Origin: Tubiluchus corallicola
Lineage: Eukaryota > Animalia > Priapulida
NCBI GenBank assembly: GCA_030141605.1
Contig: JAQGDQ010000423.1
Span: 84,177 to 148,176, forward strand
DNA length: 64,000 nt
Direction: 5' to 3'
Made by a program: the position numbers and the translations under genes. Positions 35,782 through 48,393 of the stretch are shown in pieces. How positions within the stretch are numbered: the first letter of the stretch is position 1; each line of letters starts with the position of its first letter. A model generated the notes under the pieces. That model saw nothing but the letters and a program-made list of their open reading frames with translations, had not been told where the DNA came from and did no database searches.

Positions 35782-35973
35782 AGCTTAAGCCGACGTCGTG
35801 TCCGCCGATCGCGATCTCTCATACAAATGTTGCTGGCTACCGAAGAAGAGGATCTGGATTTTACGAAAGCGAAGAACGTGAAACAGACGGAGTGGTTGGT
35901 GGATCTCCGTGAGGCGATACTTCAGGTGTCGCGACATTTCCAGTCTGTTGATCCGATACGCAATAGTAAAGTG
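35782..35973 (+). CDS. SGSM3: SGSM3 exon 11
   Basis: KAKNVKQTEWLVDLREAILQVSRHFQ; GTG|gtgagt donor. The aag| acceptor is less certain. Confidence 0.9.
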
Positions 35974-36193
35974 GTGAGTTTTTACTGGATTACCGTTCAG
36001 TTGCATGGGGGGGGGGCTGCGGCGGTGTTGAGACGAACGACTGCTATTCAGTACACGGGCGGAAAGGTCCAAATCTTAGGCATTTGCAATATCACTGGAA
36101 CGAGATTAACGAAATTTTGAAAGATTAACAACATTGTATGAAAACCAACAACAAAAAAACATAAAAACATAACCGTGTATTAAATAGGTAATG

Positions 36194-36642
36194 TAGGGGT
36201 GTGCAAACTGCGGCCCGCCAAGAGATCTTGTGCGGCCCACGGGCCACTTGCGGCCCGCCAAGAGATCTAGTGCGGTCCCACGAAGAGGTTTGTCAATGTA
36301 ACGAAAGTGCGGCCCACACGATCCAGCTGAAGACTGCACCAATATCGCAAAGATAGTGCGGGTAGTTTTTTCCTCTAGATCGGATGTCATTAACCCTTAC
36401 AAGACCGTTGTCACTTAATGTCACTGTCGGGCATGACGAAATATATGGTTTTTTAATATAAATTTTAATAACTTCTAAAATAGTTTCTTGAGTGCAGTAG
36501 TGATGATGTGCGCAAATCGGATGCAAAAAAATCGTTATTAAGTCCTACTGTACTTGGCTCCTTGACCAAACTGCATGTGGCCCACAGGAATTGTTGGAAT
36601 GTTTAATGTGGCCCGGCTAGTCAGATAATTTGCACACCCCTG
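36194..36642 (-). mobile_element. hAT-type MITE, copy 3 (opposite orientation)
   Basis: Same TIRs and body as 14783-15196; degenerate TSD aggtaatg/atctaatg. Confidence 0.88.
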
Positions 36643-36819
36643 ATCTAATGAATAATTAAAATTGGAATGATTTCTACCTACACCACCGTCTCTGAGACGC
36701 CATGACATACAGGTAACAGAAACAGGTAGCATTATCCGGCAGAGGTGATTTTTTACGTAAATTGCGCGTTTCGTTTCTCTTTCCTCGTCTAAACACTTAT
36801 TTTCATTCTCCATTCACAG

Positions 36820-36975
36820 AGTTTGGTTGCTGATTACTCCATGGAAAGTCACGTCAGAGATCACGAGAACTTTATAAACGTTCTGAGGAATCGCAAACGT
36901 CGCGCAAAAGCCCTGCTGGATTTCGAACGTCACGACGACGACGAATTGGGTTTTCGCAAAAACGACATCGTCACC
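36820..36975 (+). CDS. SGSM3: SGSM3 exon 12 (SH3 start)
   Basis: [14 protein letters not shown]...[26 protein letters not shown]. Confidence 0.96.
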
Positions 36976-37113
36976 GTAAGTCTTCCTCAAATTGATCGTT
37001 AAACTGACAAAGTGCACTGGAATTGTTCTTTTAGAAATTATTGATTATTGATTATTGATTTTTCTTGGTTAAACCTATGTTTGCCGGTTCTATGAGTACA
37101 TTCTTCTGCCTAG

Positions 37114-37218
37114 ATAATTTCTCAAAAAGATGAACATTGTTGGGTTGGAGAGCTGAATGGACTAAGAGGCTGGTTTCCTGCAAAGTTTGTTGAAGTTTTG
37201 GACGAGCGAAGTAAACAG
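37114..37218 (+). CDS. SGSM3: SGSM3 exon 13 (SH3 end)
   Basis: [35 protein letters not shown]. Confidence 0.96.
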
Positions 37219-37392
37219 GTAACACTGTTTCGTTTGTTGTTTTTTGTTTTTTTTGTTGTGCTAATGAACAGGTGTGAACAGGTGTTTAACAATCTTAACT
37301 CAATCATAAAAGAATATCTCTATGATTGTAGCAAATATAGCAAATTGCATGCTGTCATAAATTAGCCGCATTTGTTTGCAACTTTGTTTTGG

Positions 37393-37591
37393 AGCCGCTT
37401 GAAATTTTTAGCCACTTGAAATTTTTGGCCGTTGAAATTTTTAGCTGCTTGAAATTTTTAGCCGCTTGAAGTATTTAGTCGCTTGAAATTTTTAGCCACT
37501 TGAAATTTTTAGCCGCTTGAAGTATTTAGTCGCTTGAAATTTTTAGCCGCTTGAAATTTTTAGCCACTTGAAATTTTTAGCCGCTTGAAAT
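37393..37591. repeat. 17-bp minisatellite, about 12 copies
   Basis: Unit gccgcttgaaattttta. Confidence 0.9.
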
Positions 37592-38170
37592 ATATTTTTG
37601 CGCACATTGGTACTTGTTGTTTTAGTTCTTTTAATTGATTGAAATTTTTGTTAGCTCTTATGTTCTTTCTTTCTGTTCATATCTAAGGTTGTGTGTGCTC
37701 ATTCCTGAGATGCAGAAACTGATTATTGCTTCTGTGAATGGGGCAATATGTTCAAAGCTGCATTGAAAATTTATTGGGAATATTTTTGTCATTTCATCAG
37801 CTACCGATTACTGATCATGTACTGATTGGTTCTTTTTTATCTTTGTCAAATATGCCTCCCATTTTTTATGTCTTTAACAAAATTTGGTTATATAGATACA
37901 AATTTATTTGCTGGCGATATCTCAAAAATTATTAGTTTTTGACACATTTATGAGTCCTTGTCAATGCTTGATTGCTAGCCTAGAATTGACACATTTGTGA
38001 GTCCTTGTCAATGCTTGATTGCTAGCCTAGAATCAATTGGCTATTTTCTGTCTGTGGTCATTGGTCTGTCCTCTTGCGTTTGGTGGTGGTAGTTTTATTA
38101 AAATCTGATAAATTGCACCTAGGCTAGAAATGGTCTTAAGAAATAGTTCAATTTCCTTTCAATTCATAAA

Positions 38171-38484
38171 CAGGGTTCCCATGCTCAGGGATAATCCTTG
38201 AAAATACATGTTATCCTGGAAAGACATAGAAATGTCGGGGAAATTGGAGTGTTGCAAAAAATATTCTTGCAAACCATATTTTTCAAACATATTTTTCAGC
38301 GATTCGTACTTCAAAATTGATTTCCGTTGCAAAAATAATGATTGGCCGACACATTATACATCAGTTCATGTATGAATGTCCCATACACAAAAATATTTGA
38401 ATATGTATAGTTGTAATACAATTTCTACTTATCTTGGTCGGGAAAAGTCAGGAAAATTCATTTTAAAATTCTGTGAAAACCCTG
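38171..38484. mobile_element. Degenerate hAT-like MITE
   Basis: Ends cagggttccca / tgaaaaccctg; no clean TSD. Confidence 0.55.
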
Positions 38485-39107
38485 ATAAAGCCTCCGATAA
38501 TATCAACGATATATTAGCATTAGACTAGCCAGAGAGAGTGAAATAAACATGTGTATAGGAAGTACTGTAATATTTCATTGGCAAGAAGAATCACTAGCTT
38601 TACCAATTAAAGGTGACACATCAGCCTCAGTACAATTTAAGATCTCAAGCAAGTGAAATGCTTCTAATTGGGTGATGTTAATTACAAATTTAAAGTATAC
38701 TGACTAGTAGATCATTATCGAATAGCGCAAATGAAATAAGGCCATTGCAAAACCTTACCGCTTCACTCTTTCTAAATAACCTACAATCTGCAACTGTTGA
38801 GATAACACAAGGAATAGCTGAATGGTCACAGTGTGTGTTTAGTGGCTACTGATATTAGTGATAATGTATTAGCAAGTGCAAAATAAAAGCAAAAACCTTT
38901 ATAGTCGCCTAAAAGCATGAAACTTCATGTCTACTTTTCATCTATGATAAATGTTTGATGTCATGACAGAAAAAATTATCAATTTAGTAGCGTTTTTCTT
39001 CCAAATCAAATATTTTTCAACGTTGGATTTTTAGTGGAAAATTGATGCTTGGCAAGTGTCTTATTTTCTATAAAATTTAACCTTCAGGCACTTATCTTAC
39101 ATTGCAG

Positions 39108-39166
39108 TACACAAGTGCAGGGGATGACGCAGTTACAGAAGCTGTTACTGACTTAGTGCGTGGAAC
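39108..39166 (+). CDS. SGSM3: SGSM3 exon 14
   Basis: YTSAGDDAVTEAVTDLVRG; phase 0-2. Confidence 0.93.
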
Positions 39167-39329
39167 GTAAGTTTATCGTTTCACGCAAACTATTTTTCAT
39201 ATTTTAACATTTGACTTTAGCGCATTTATGTTCAGAATAATACAGCTCTATTAGTAAACAAATATTAGTAAACAAACAAATTTTAGTGCCATGTAAAGAA
39301 CTTGCTGATATAAATGTTAAACTGTTACC

Positions 39330-39594
39330 AGACGGTTTAGTCTAGTGGTAACGCGTCTGCTTTCCGTCTGGGAGGTCGTGAGTTCGAACCAGCAGCCGGG
39401 TGATACCAAAGACTTTAAAAATGGTACCTGCTGTTGCCCTGCCTGACGCGTGGTATTTAGGGTAAAAGTAGGGTAATAATAGTCCTTGTTATGTAGTTGT
39501 AGGTTGTTATTTACAGTCGGCGATAATAGCTCTTTGAGCTAATGTTAATTGTTGACCCAAAAGCCGACTTTAAATAAAGATTATTATTATTATT
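39330..39594 (+). mobile_element. tRNA-derived SINE, copy 2
   Basis: A and B boxes, body and (att)n tail as at 23675-23941. Confidence 0.88.
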
Positions 39595-39604
39595 TATGTA
39601 ACTA

Positions 39605-40134
39605 CAGTGTTCCCTTGCTACTTCGCGGTTCGTTTATCGCTGACTCGCTGTTTCGCGGGTTTTCAAAAATATTAGTGTAAAATATTTATCGCAGTATTTT
39701 CGCTGTTTCGCGGGTTTTTGCGGTACCCCGTCTAAAGTATTTTTGCACATGCGTAGAACGCATTATACAGTAATGTATAGATTTGATGAATTTTGCATAA
39801 AAAATCACAAAATGTAAAAAGGTACATGTACAGTATGGGAAAGTTATTAAGGGAATGGGAAAGGGTTATGTATAAGAGTGTGGGGAGGCTTTATAAAGAC
39901 TTAAAATAATGTGTAACTACTAAAATAAGTATAGCGTCCCTACTTTGCAGAAATTCACTTATCGCGGGTGGGTCTGGAACGGGAAAGGGTTATGTATAAG
40001 AGTGTGGGGAGGGTTTATAAAGACTTAAAGTAATGTATAACTACTAAAATAAGTATATCATCTCTACTTTGCGGAAATGGTCTTATCGCGGGTGTGCCTG
40101 GAACGGAACACCCGCGATAAGTGAGGGAACACTG
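39605..40134. mobile_element. Tc1/mariner (Tigger-like) MITE with an internal duplication
   Basis: TIRs cagtgttccct / agggaacactg with TA flanks; an about 125-bp segment is repeated at 39858 and 39982. Confidence 0.85.
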
Positions 40135-40185
40135 TACATGTGTAGTATTAAAACAGTATAGTGATGACAATCAACTTTTCTATAG

Positions 40186-40279
40186 GCTGTGTCCGGCTCT
40201 GAAAGTCATTTTTGAATATGGTTTGAGGAAATCATCTCTACTTGGTGGACCTGGTCATCCTTGGCTGTTTATTGAAGAG
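40186..40279 (+). CDS. SGSM3: SGSM3 exon 15 (RUN domain)
   Basis: [31 protein letters not shown]; phase 2-0. Confidence 0.95.
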
Positions 40280-40433
40280 GTATGTTCGTTGCTGGTGAAT
40301 TCATGTCCACTTTGAAACTTCAGTGTGATTCTCAAGTCTCATGCTCTTGCTACTTCATGGGCAGAGCTATGACCAACAGGTAGCTTATGTGTTTGTTTAC
40401 TACAACGAGAAGAAATCTTTATCCCGCCATTAC

Positions 40434-40930
40434 TTCTTCTTCTTCTTCCTAGCTTTTCCCTATTCGGGGTCGCCTTTGTGAGTCAGTCTTCTCCACACAT
40501 TCCTGTTGTTGACCATCTTTTCATTTATGTCTTCCCTTCCCACATGATCTTCACCGACTCTTCTTTTCAGGTGTCCATACCATCGCAATCTTGCGAGGCT
40601 TCCACTACTTTTACTGTTCCTCTGATATTATTATTTCTAATTTTATCTCTTCTCGCTATTCCCACCATCCATCTCAACATCCTCATCTCCACCACACCCA
40701 TTTTCTTCTCTTCGGTCTTCTTTAGAGAAGCTGCTTCCAGCCCATAGATTAGAGCGGGTCTCACCACTTCTTTGTGGACTTTCCCTTTAAGTCTCACCGA
40801 CTCATTCATAGAAGGTTTTGGCACAGTTCTTACAGGTGGATGCCCTTCCTGACCCTAACCTTCCCTATTTATCCGGGCTTGGGACCGGCACTGAGTTGGG
40901 CTGGCTTGCCCCCCCCCCCCAGTGGCTAGG
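40434..40930 (-). mobile_element. Internally deleted RTE-clade retroelement
   Basis: LKGKVHKEVVRPALIYGLEA...EMRMLRW...DKIRN is an RTE ORF C-terminal motif; (GAA)n tail; perfect 16-bp TSD tttatcccgccattac at 40418-40433 and 40931-40946. Confidence 0.88.
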
Positions 40931-40988
40931 TTTATCCCGCCATTACATGTTGCAGATATTTTATATGTTTCACGACTTTGTTTTCCAG

Positions 40989-41059
40989 GCTGCAAATTAC
41001 CTGGTAGAGAAAGACTTTGAGTCGGTGTATTCTCGCTTGGTTTTATGCAAGACGTACAG
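40989..41059 (+). CDS. SGSM3: SGSM3 exon 16
   Basis: AANYLVEKDFESVYSRLVLCKTYR; phase 0-2. Confidence 0.95.
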
Positions 41060-41729
41060 GTACTAATTTCCTCTCTTGCAAATCTGGCAATCTTGTAATT
41101 AACAGTAAAATTAGTTTCGTTGTATAGTGGATAGTGCGTTGTATTGGTTGTGTGTAGCTGTTTATTGAAGCTTGAGGAATGGCAAAGCTATGAAGAGTTT
41201 GATTATAAAATGACACGTTTATTAAACATCAAACACAATAAATACAATAGATAGCAATGCCAAAGGCCCCTGATCTAACGGCTGTCTGTACGCTCCGGCT
41301 CCTAGACTCAATCTGAGAATAATTTTCTCAGCTGGAGGCCCCGCATATCGTGCGCGGTGCCCGATGCCTCATTTCCTTGGATCACGTAATCACGTGACAC
41401 CACTCCTTAACTGGCTTCATCATACCAGCATCTATCAACATAATTATTTATCATAATCTACTGCTCTTAGCATAATTTAACAGGTTCTCTTTACTCTAAC
41501 TGTTGTTTGTTTGGGGTGGTTTTGCCAAGCTGTGGTACTTACACTCGTATCTCGGTTTGCCAAACACGAGTAGGGAGACGTCGGTTCGAATATGCCAGTT
41601 GTCCGTCTTTACCGATACTGAGCTAATATTATAGACCCCGTGTATTAGACTCACGGTAATGTAGAATCAATTGCTTAATTGTCTCAATGATGTCTAGTAC
41701 GGACTGCTTTTATGCAAATGTATATATTT

Positions 41730-42970
41730 AGATATTTATTAGTGTCAAAAATACATACAATACAAGAAAAAAAAACAAGACATGCATACAATTTCAATTT
41801 GGAAATATAATGACACTTTTTACAAACAAACAGTTACTAATAAAATAAATATTATTAAATATTCCTGTTAGTTATAATAGTTATTTAAATGAAAAGTTTA
41901 ATGATTAGTATTTAAAATAAATTGTCATTCATAAGGCCTCATTTTCAATGATGTGATCATTACGTAGTACGTTGTTCATCATGTCTTAAAAACGCTTTTT
42001 CAATATGATCAATAAATGGCTTAATTACTTCTAAATCATTAATTCCCATCAAGAATAAAAATTTACCAGCATCGCTCATAAGGATAAATTCTGGTTTAAT
42101 TACATTGATGTGATTATATAATTTTCCTCTAAGATCATTGTAATCTGGACATTTTATAACAAAGTGTGATTCGTCTTCGGATTCACTTCTTAAACAGGTT
42201 GAGCATATACGATTCTCAGCCGGGATTTTTCCAGGTTTAACGTACCTTCCTCTTTCAATACACAAAGTATGAGAGCTGATTCTCAGTTTTATCAATTTTG
42301 TTATAGCATATTTGAATAACCAGGAAGTAAATAATTTTCTAGTTAATATTGTTTTTTGAAGGTTCGATATATTTGCAGTTTGTTTTGTGCATCTGGTTTG
42401 TTATCATCATGGATTTCCTCTTTCAAAAAAAATAATCAGTTTTTATCTTTCTTCTAATTTACTAAGTAGTCGCTTAAGTGAAAATGTTGTCTGCTTGTTC
42501 TAAACATGTTCAAAGCCATATACACATAATATATATACTTAACAAAAGTAGTCCAACCAAAATAGTTCTCAGCTAAGTTTCGGTTTTTATTATAAGCTTG
42601 GTATACATAACTATCATAAGGTTGGCTAATATAGAAGGATTTTTGTTATAAGGTTGGCTAATAACATGTATCGAGTAGTGGATTGTGTCCTTAATAATTA
42701 TTTTAATAAAAATGGGAAAACGGCCCAGTTCTGTGGTAGTCGCGTATTTGTTTGATTTGTTATTGACAATTTGCATAATTTAATATTGGCCTCTTCGCTC
42801 GGGCGCACTGTCAAATTTATTTTCACAATGCAGGGAATTGTTTTTAATTTTAACAATGCTAGGTCCCCATACACAAGAGCCATATAGAGCATGATTGGTT
42901 CTACAGTACGTTCAAATAATTTGATAATAGTATGTGGGTTTGCGCAGTTTGAGATGTACTTTTTCATGCG
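41730..42970 (-). mobile_element. Decayed LINE 3' fragment (frameshifted ORF2 C-terminus)
   Basis: Broken ORFs with KLFERTVEPIMLY, ELGRFPI and LRISSHTLCIERGRY...RICSTC...EDESHFVIKC (C-terminal CCHC motif of non-LTR elements). Confidence 0.8.
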
Positions 42971-43198
42971 CTTTCATGCGTTTTAGTTTGGTACAGCTTA
43001 TATAAAAACTGTCGGCAATTGACTCAAATAACGACGCATAATTACACGCTGCTTTGTTACACTGGTGTAATCATGTAGACAAAGTCACAGTGCGCCAACT
43101 AGCGGTCAGCTCGCGAAACAGTGGACTATGTCTGTAGTATGCGTGACTTTTTAATGGTCCAGATTTTGTGCGATTCCTCCGATATTCCTAAAAGCATG

Positions 43199-43558
43199 TG
43201 TGAAAGTCATGTTTAAAGTTGTAGATCACTCACTTTGTAGAACAAGAATAAAAAACTATTCTACATATTTGTACAGAAAAGTGTTTATTAACTACATGCA
43301 CATAAGTAGAATGACTGCTGCACTGAACACTGAGAGTTAGACAGTTACTAGAAAGTAAAACCAGTCAGTATATATATAGGTATAGGTGACCTATGCAGAC
43401 AAGCTTCACAAAAACCATTACTTTAAAATAGGGAGAGACCCAGTGAATATGCATTCACTGGACTGTACAATTATACTGGGGTAAGTAGCTGGTAGAGTAA
43501 CAGGATTAGTTCATAGATGGCAGCACCTAATTAAAAATGTACAATTACAACTTCCACA
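43199..43558 (-). mobile_element. Solo LTR (360 bp)
   Basis: TG...CA ends with a short inverted repeat tgtgaaagt/acttccaca, a 5-bp TSD gcatg (43194-43198 and 43559-43563), a minus-strand TATA at about 43370 and AATAAA at about 43285. Confidence 0.8.
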
Positions 43559-43682
43559 GCATGGTCCGGCAAACCGAGATCTGAGTGTAATATAATTGTA
43601 CCTATAAAATTTACATACATACATTTACTTATAGAATTTGCATCATACTAATTATGTTTGAATATTATCATATTTTGGACAG

Positions 43683-43817
43683 ATTGGATGAAGATGGAAA
43701 AGTTCTCACACCTGAAGAGATTTTGTATCGATCAGTTCAGGCCGTAAACGTGACTCATGATGCAGCTCATGCGCAGATGGACGTTAAGTTTCGTTCGTTC
43801 GTCTGTATCGGATTAAA
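43683..43817 (+). CDS. SGSM3: SGSM3 exon 17
   Basis: [44 protein letters not shown]; phase 2-2. Confidence 0.96.
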
Positions 43818-43997
43818 GTAAGTTGAGTGTATGACATAAGTTTATTGAAAGCTAAGATAAGTACACGCATGTACTACTTTTGCAAAACCTTAGGTAGATA
43901 TTTTTTTGATAGAAACACTGCTTGTGAGGGATCTTGCTTTGTCTTTGTGAGATATAATTTATATTGAATAGTTACATTAATAATAATCGTCATTAAC

Positions 43998-44222
43998 TTG
44001 ATCTGTATTGACTTTTTATGATTAGCTTAATCTGTATTAACTTTTTATGATTAGCTTAATCTGTATTAACTTTTTATGATTAGCTTAATCTGTATTAACT
44101 TTTTATGATTAGCTTAATCTGTATTGACTTTTTATGATTAGCTTAATCTGTATTAACTTTTTATGATTAGCTTAATCTGTATTAACTTTTTATGATTAGC
44201 TTAATCTGTATTAACTTTTCAT
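43998..44222. repeat. 29-bp minisatellite, about 8 copies
   Basis: Unit ttaatctgtattaactttttatgattagc. Confidence 0.92.
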
Positions 44223-44547
44223 GAGTGCTTCTCTTATAACAGTGGTCTTCAACCTTTTTTAATGTCATCCACCCCTAGTGGTGATTAAGTAGAAGCTGTC
44301 CACCCCCCCCCCCCCGCCCACCCCGAAAAAGTCTCATTAAAAATCTCACGTTTTTAAGATTTAAAATCTATGTTTCATATATCATTTCTATGACTATGTA
44401 AACAGAAACAGGCAGTTTCTCTTATTTTTTATTTAACTTTTACATATTCATACATATATTTACACGCCTCATCTCAAACTAAGAGGCTGAAAATACACGA
44501 GATTTACAATATGTAATTGCTTCTACATTCTGTGCTTAAATTTACAG

Positions 44548-44670
44548 CGAGCAAGTTTTTCATCTTTGGCTAGAGGCATTGTGTTCATGTATAGCCATAA
44601 TTGAGAAGTGGTACCAACCTTGGTCGTACCTGCGCAGCCCCGGATGGGTGCAGATTAAATGTGAATTAAG
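44548..44670 (+). CDS. SGSM3: SGSM3 exon 18 (last exon visible; terminal exon not found)
   Basis: [13 protein letters not shown]...[23 protein letters not shown]; AG|gtacgt donor. Confidence 0.96.
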
Positions 44671-45246
44671 GTACGTGTAACTCCAGGTGTGAAACCTCTT
44701 GCTTTGATTTCCTTTGTTTATAAGACATGTATAAAGGTTTTGTAAATTTAGGCTGTCATGTATGATTGTTCTGTCTTGTAAAGATGCGCATTATCATTGT
44801 GCTGTAGTGATAAGATAAGATAAGATAAGATTTATTTTCATCGGTATGATATAAACAGTACATATTTGTAAAACATGAGCTTAAAGCTCGTAAACCGATA
44901 TCAAACATAATGTATATGAGCGATAACATGGTAATAATATGTACTTCTTAAAATCTTTTGGATGCCACCAGAGGTATTGGTACAAGAAAAATTTATAACT
45001 ACATGAAGACAGTAAAAATTTGAGACAGTAAAATTTTAGGCAGTAACATTTTCTAAAATTTACACAAAAAGCTATCTAGGTCAATAAAAAATTTTCCTGC
45101 CAACACATTCAGCATTTAATTACGACTTAACAAAATTTGGAAGTTCGCTGAATTTACAAATGGCACATTTACATGATACACCAGTCCATGAGTTAATTAG
45201 AGGTTTAACTTCGAAAATGATTTTAATGCATTTGAACATGACAGTT

Positions 45247-45292
45247 NNNNNNNNNNNNNNNNNNNNNNNNNNNNNNNNNNNNNNNNNNNNNN
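45247..45292. other. Assembly gap (46 N)
   Basis: Run of n characters. Confidence 1.
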
Positions 45293-45945
45293 GTACAGCA
45301 TACCATACGGCGTCATTTGAAATCAGAAGATAGATAAAATAATATATAATATGTGTATAATAGATAAGATAAGATAAGAAAATGTACAGAAATAGTATAG
45401 AAATAGTATGTTCATAAAACCACTTGGATTATAGGCAAAATTCTGGCAGTCAACAAGATACTTAGAACCAGCGGATTAAAAAAATTAACCTGAAATGAAA
45501 TCTGACAAAAAAGCTAATGACAATTATAGCCGGAGAAAACAAGAGGACAATAATAGTGCTTTGGTGTACTTGTCATTTGTTATTAGGGATGCACTCGAAA
45601 CCCGATTTTACCAAACCGAACCAGTACCGAATTTTTCAAACTTTTTTCGCGGAACCGAATAACTAAAATTTTATTTTACCGAAACCGATTTGAGCCGAAT
45701 TTCACAGTTTTTTTACCGAATATTAGCCGAAATTTACCGATATTTTTATTATGTATTTCCTTTATTATATATATATTATATTTTATTTTATTATTTATTA
45801 TATGTATATATATATTGTATACTGTTATATACTATTGTTTTTATATGCTTAGTACTTCATCTTCTGTACTGCATGTGAAATCATCTTGTTTATTTTAAGG
45901 TGTTGCAGACAACAGTATCTTTAATTGGTAACACACGTCATATTC

Positions 45946-46507
45946 ATGGTCAACATAAAGTCGGAGGAGGCCACGATGTTCAAAAAGGAAGAAGAGGGTG
46001 CAGCGTGTACACCTCCTCTGCCTAGCAACGTGACAGCAGAACAAGGACAGGGTGATGTGAATGAGAAGGGACAGAAGCTAGCAAAGACAGGTGGCCCTCA
46101 ATCTAGCCAAGAGTTTACTGTGAAGTCTATACTTACTAGAGATTCGGCAGCAAGAGAGAAAAAGAGCGTTAGCAAACCACCACCACCACCGCCGCCGCAG
46201 CCGTCGTCGCAACATCAACCACAGCAGGATAGAACTAGCGTGAACGGAAGTTCGCGTTCGGGCATGCGCAACAGCGGCTCGCCAAGTTACCCGCAAGGTC
46301 ATTCCCCCGGTAGTCACCACCAGTCTCCGGGTCCTTCACCAGTGCAAGTCTCATCTCGCGGAGGGAGTCCACACAGTCCCGGAGGAGGCATGATTCCGCA
46401 AATGCTGTCTCCACAGCCGACTACGCAACAGCATATAGTCCACGTTCACGTGAATCCAGGAGAGACGTTCAGTGTTCCAATTGGAGACCAGATTCAATAC
46501 ATTCAGG
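45946..46507 (+). CDS. FNDC3A: First coding exon of an FNDC3-like (fibronectin type III domain-containing 3 / miles-to-go-like) gene
   Basis: Pro/Ser/Gln-rich N-terminus ending HIVHVHVNPGETFSVPIGDQIQYIQG, the conserved FNDC3 VNPGE motif. Acceptor at 45899/45900, in-frame TAA upstream of ATG 45946, G|gtaagt donor. Confidence 0.8.
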
Positions 46508-46722
46508 GTAAGTAGCATTTAATTGCAGAATTTTAATTATCATAACGAATGTATGAATGAATGACGATTGACGAATGATTCATTAAGTCATATTGTTGTA
46601 ACAAAACAATGGAAAGACGTAACTAGAAGGAATAATTCATTAAGTCATCTTGTTGTAACAAAACAATGGAAAGACGTAACTAGAAGATTAGAACGAATGA
46701 AGCACCGAAGTTTAATGACGTA

Positions 46723-47179
46723 CCATAAACTCCGCATAACTCAAATCCAGCCGGATCGAAAAAACTTTGAGTTGGGCGATGTTGACCGTTTTCTGGCCTA
46801 GAAACTCTGCACCCCTCCTCCAGACGGCGAGCTAAATAGATGGTAGAAAGTCAACCCTTCTATACATAAACGACAAGATTTGATGACAATTAGTTAAAGA
46901 ATAACAAATTATGTAGTGAAACGCGATTATGTTTTTGAGTTGTATGAAACTTTTTATTTTTCTAGAGTATAAATTGCACTTTTGAGTTAACCTATGTAAA
47001 TTACATGTATTTTGATTAAATGGATCATGGATTAATGGATTAATTGTTTATTTGGGGTATACATTTTGAGTTAAGTGATGTTTTTTGTGGGAAAAACGAA
47101 GGATTTCATCCGCTCCGCTGAAATTCTTTGAGTTAGGCAAAAATTTCAGTTGCGATTTTGAGTTATGCGGAGTTTACTG
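46723..47179. mobile_element. Tc1/mariner-type MITE
   Basis: Inverted ends taaactccgcataactcaaa / tttgagttatgcggagttta with TA flanks. Confidence 0.85.
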
Positions 47180-48017
47180 TATTATATAATATATATTTGT
47201 GGAGTGGAAGTCTTATGCAAAATAATAATTTTAAACGAAGTAAAAACAAAAATTAGTGAGTCGATGATGTGATGGACGATCCCGACTATACAATTGGCGA
47301 TTGGGTCCCGTTCATAGGTACTTCCCGGCTGTCTAAAATCGGGATTGGCCATCCGTGGTTTTATATATATGTGTTTGCTGTTTATACATTTTCTTCTACT
47401 GTGTTTTTTATACAATGATGCTGAAATATATGATAAATGGTCGCCTTATGATGGGTTGTACTGTAGTTACATACACGACATACATGTAATCTTTTTTAGT
47501 TTATCTGCAAATTTAATAGTTAACAGAAGGGGGGGGTCACTGAACTGTATATAATTTCAATATCTTGCTTTGACATTACATGATTTTCTAGTAATGTCAC
47601 CGCCTTTTATATCTTATTACCATTAATGCGTTTTTGCTTTTAAGTGTTAACAAGTGCTGGTTGCCAGGCACTGGTCTGCAGCTTTGCAGGCATTGTCCTG
47701 TAGGCACATTGAGATGTACTAATTCTTCATTACATTAAACACTAATTGGCATTTAATGTATAATCAGCTGTTACTCTGATGGGCAAGTTTTGCGAAGAAT
47801 TGATCAGCTTTAACCAGTTATATTTTTGACTTGTTGTCTGGTTGACCTTTGACACGGTGGCATTCTGTTACAATCAAATACAAACACTTGGGTATCATAA
47901 GCTAAGATAATGTTTTTCGTACGATGTTTTGAATCAGTGTGAAAAATGGTTTTCTATTTGTAAGACCTCTAGTGGCTTATTGAGTAAATTTCTGAGTGTC
48001 ATGATCAAGTGCCTCTG

Positions 48018-48085
48018 TACTGTAGTGGTTAGCATAGCTACCTGGAAAGCAAGGGCTCTTGTGTTCGAGTCCCACCTATGGAACA
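48018..48085 (+). mobile_element. Degenerate tRNA-like head (SINE remnant or tRNA pseudogene)
   Basis: A-box-like tgtagtggttagca and B-box gttcgagtccc; no complete acceptor stem. Confidence 0.5.
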
Positions 48086-48393
48086 GTTTTAATACTTTCT
48101 AAAATATCACTTTCGTTCATTTATATGATTTTTTCCCAACTCTTTACAGTTTTGCTTCTCATTTCACTACCTCACATCTTCGCCTCTCCTTGTTCCTCTT
48201 TCAGCCATTCGTTGACCTTATGCTTTGCAAACTTACTGCGCGAGTGCTTGTAAAAATAATATACGTTGTATTGACCAGTTTGTGTAATAATAAATTACTG
48301 TTAAATGAGTTTTACAGCAGCAGTTTGTCTGATAAAGTTGCTTATAGAATAAAAATATTTGCAATGCAGTAGCTTGTCATTCAGTTACTTTCT

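Noticed and set aside
41170-41440. Possible second solo LTR
   Set aside because: LTR-like composition, but I could not find matching TG..CA ends with a target-site duplication.
48018-48085. tRNA gene
   Set aside because: A and B boxes are present, but the acceptor and anticodon stems do not pair convincingly; more likely a SINE head.
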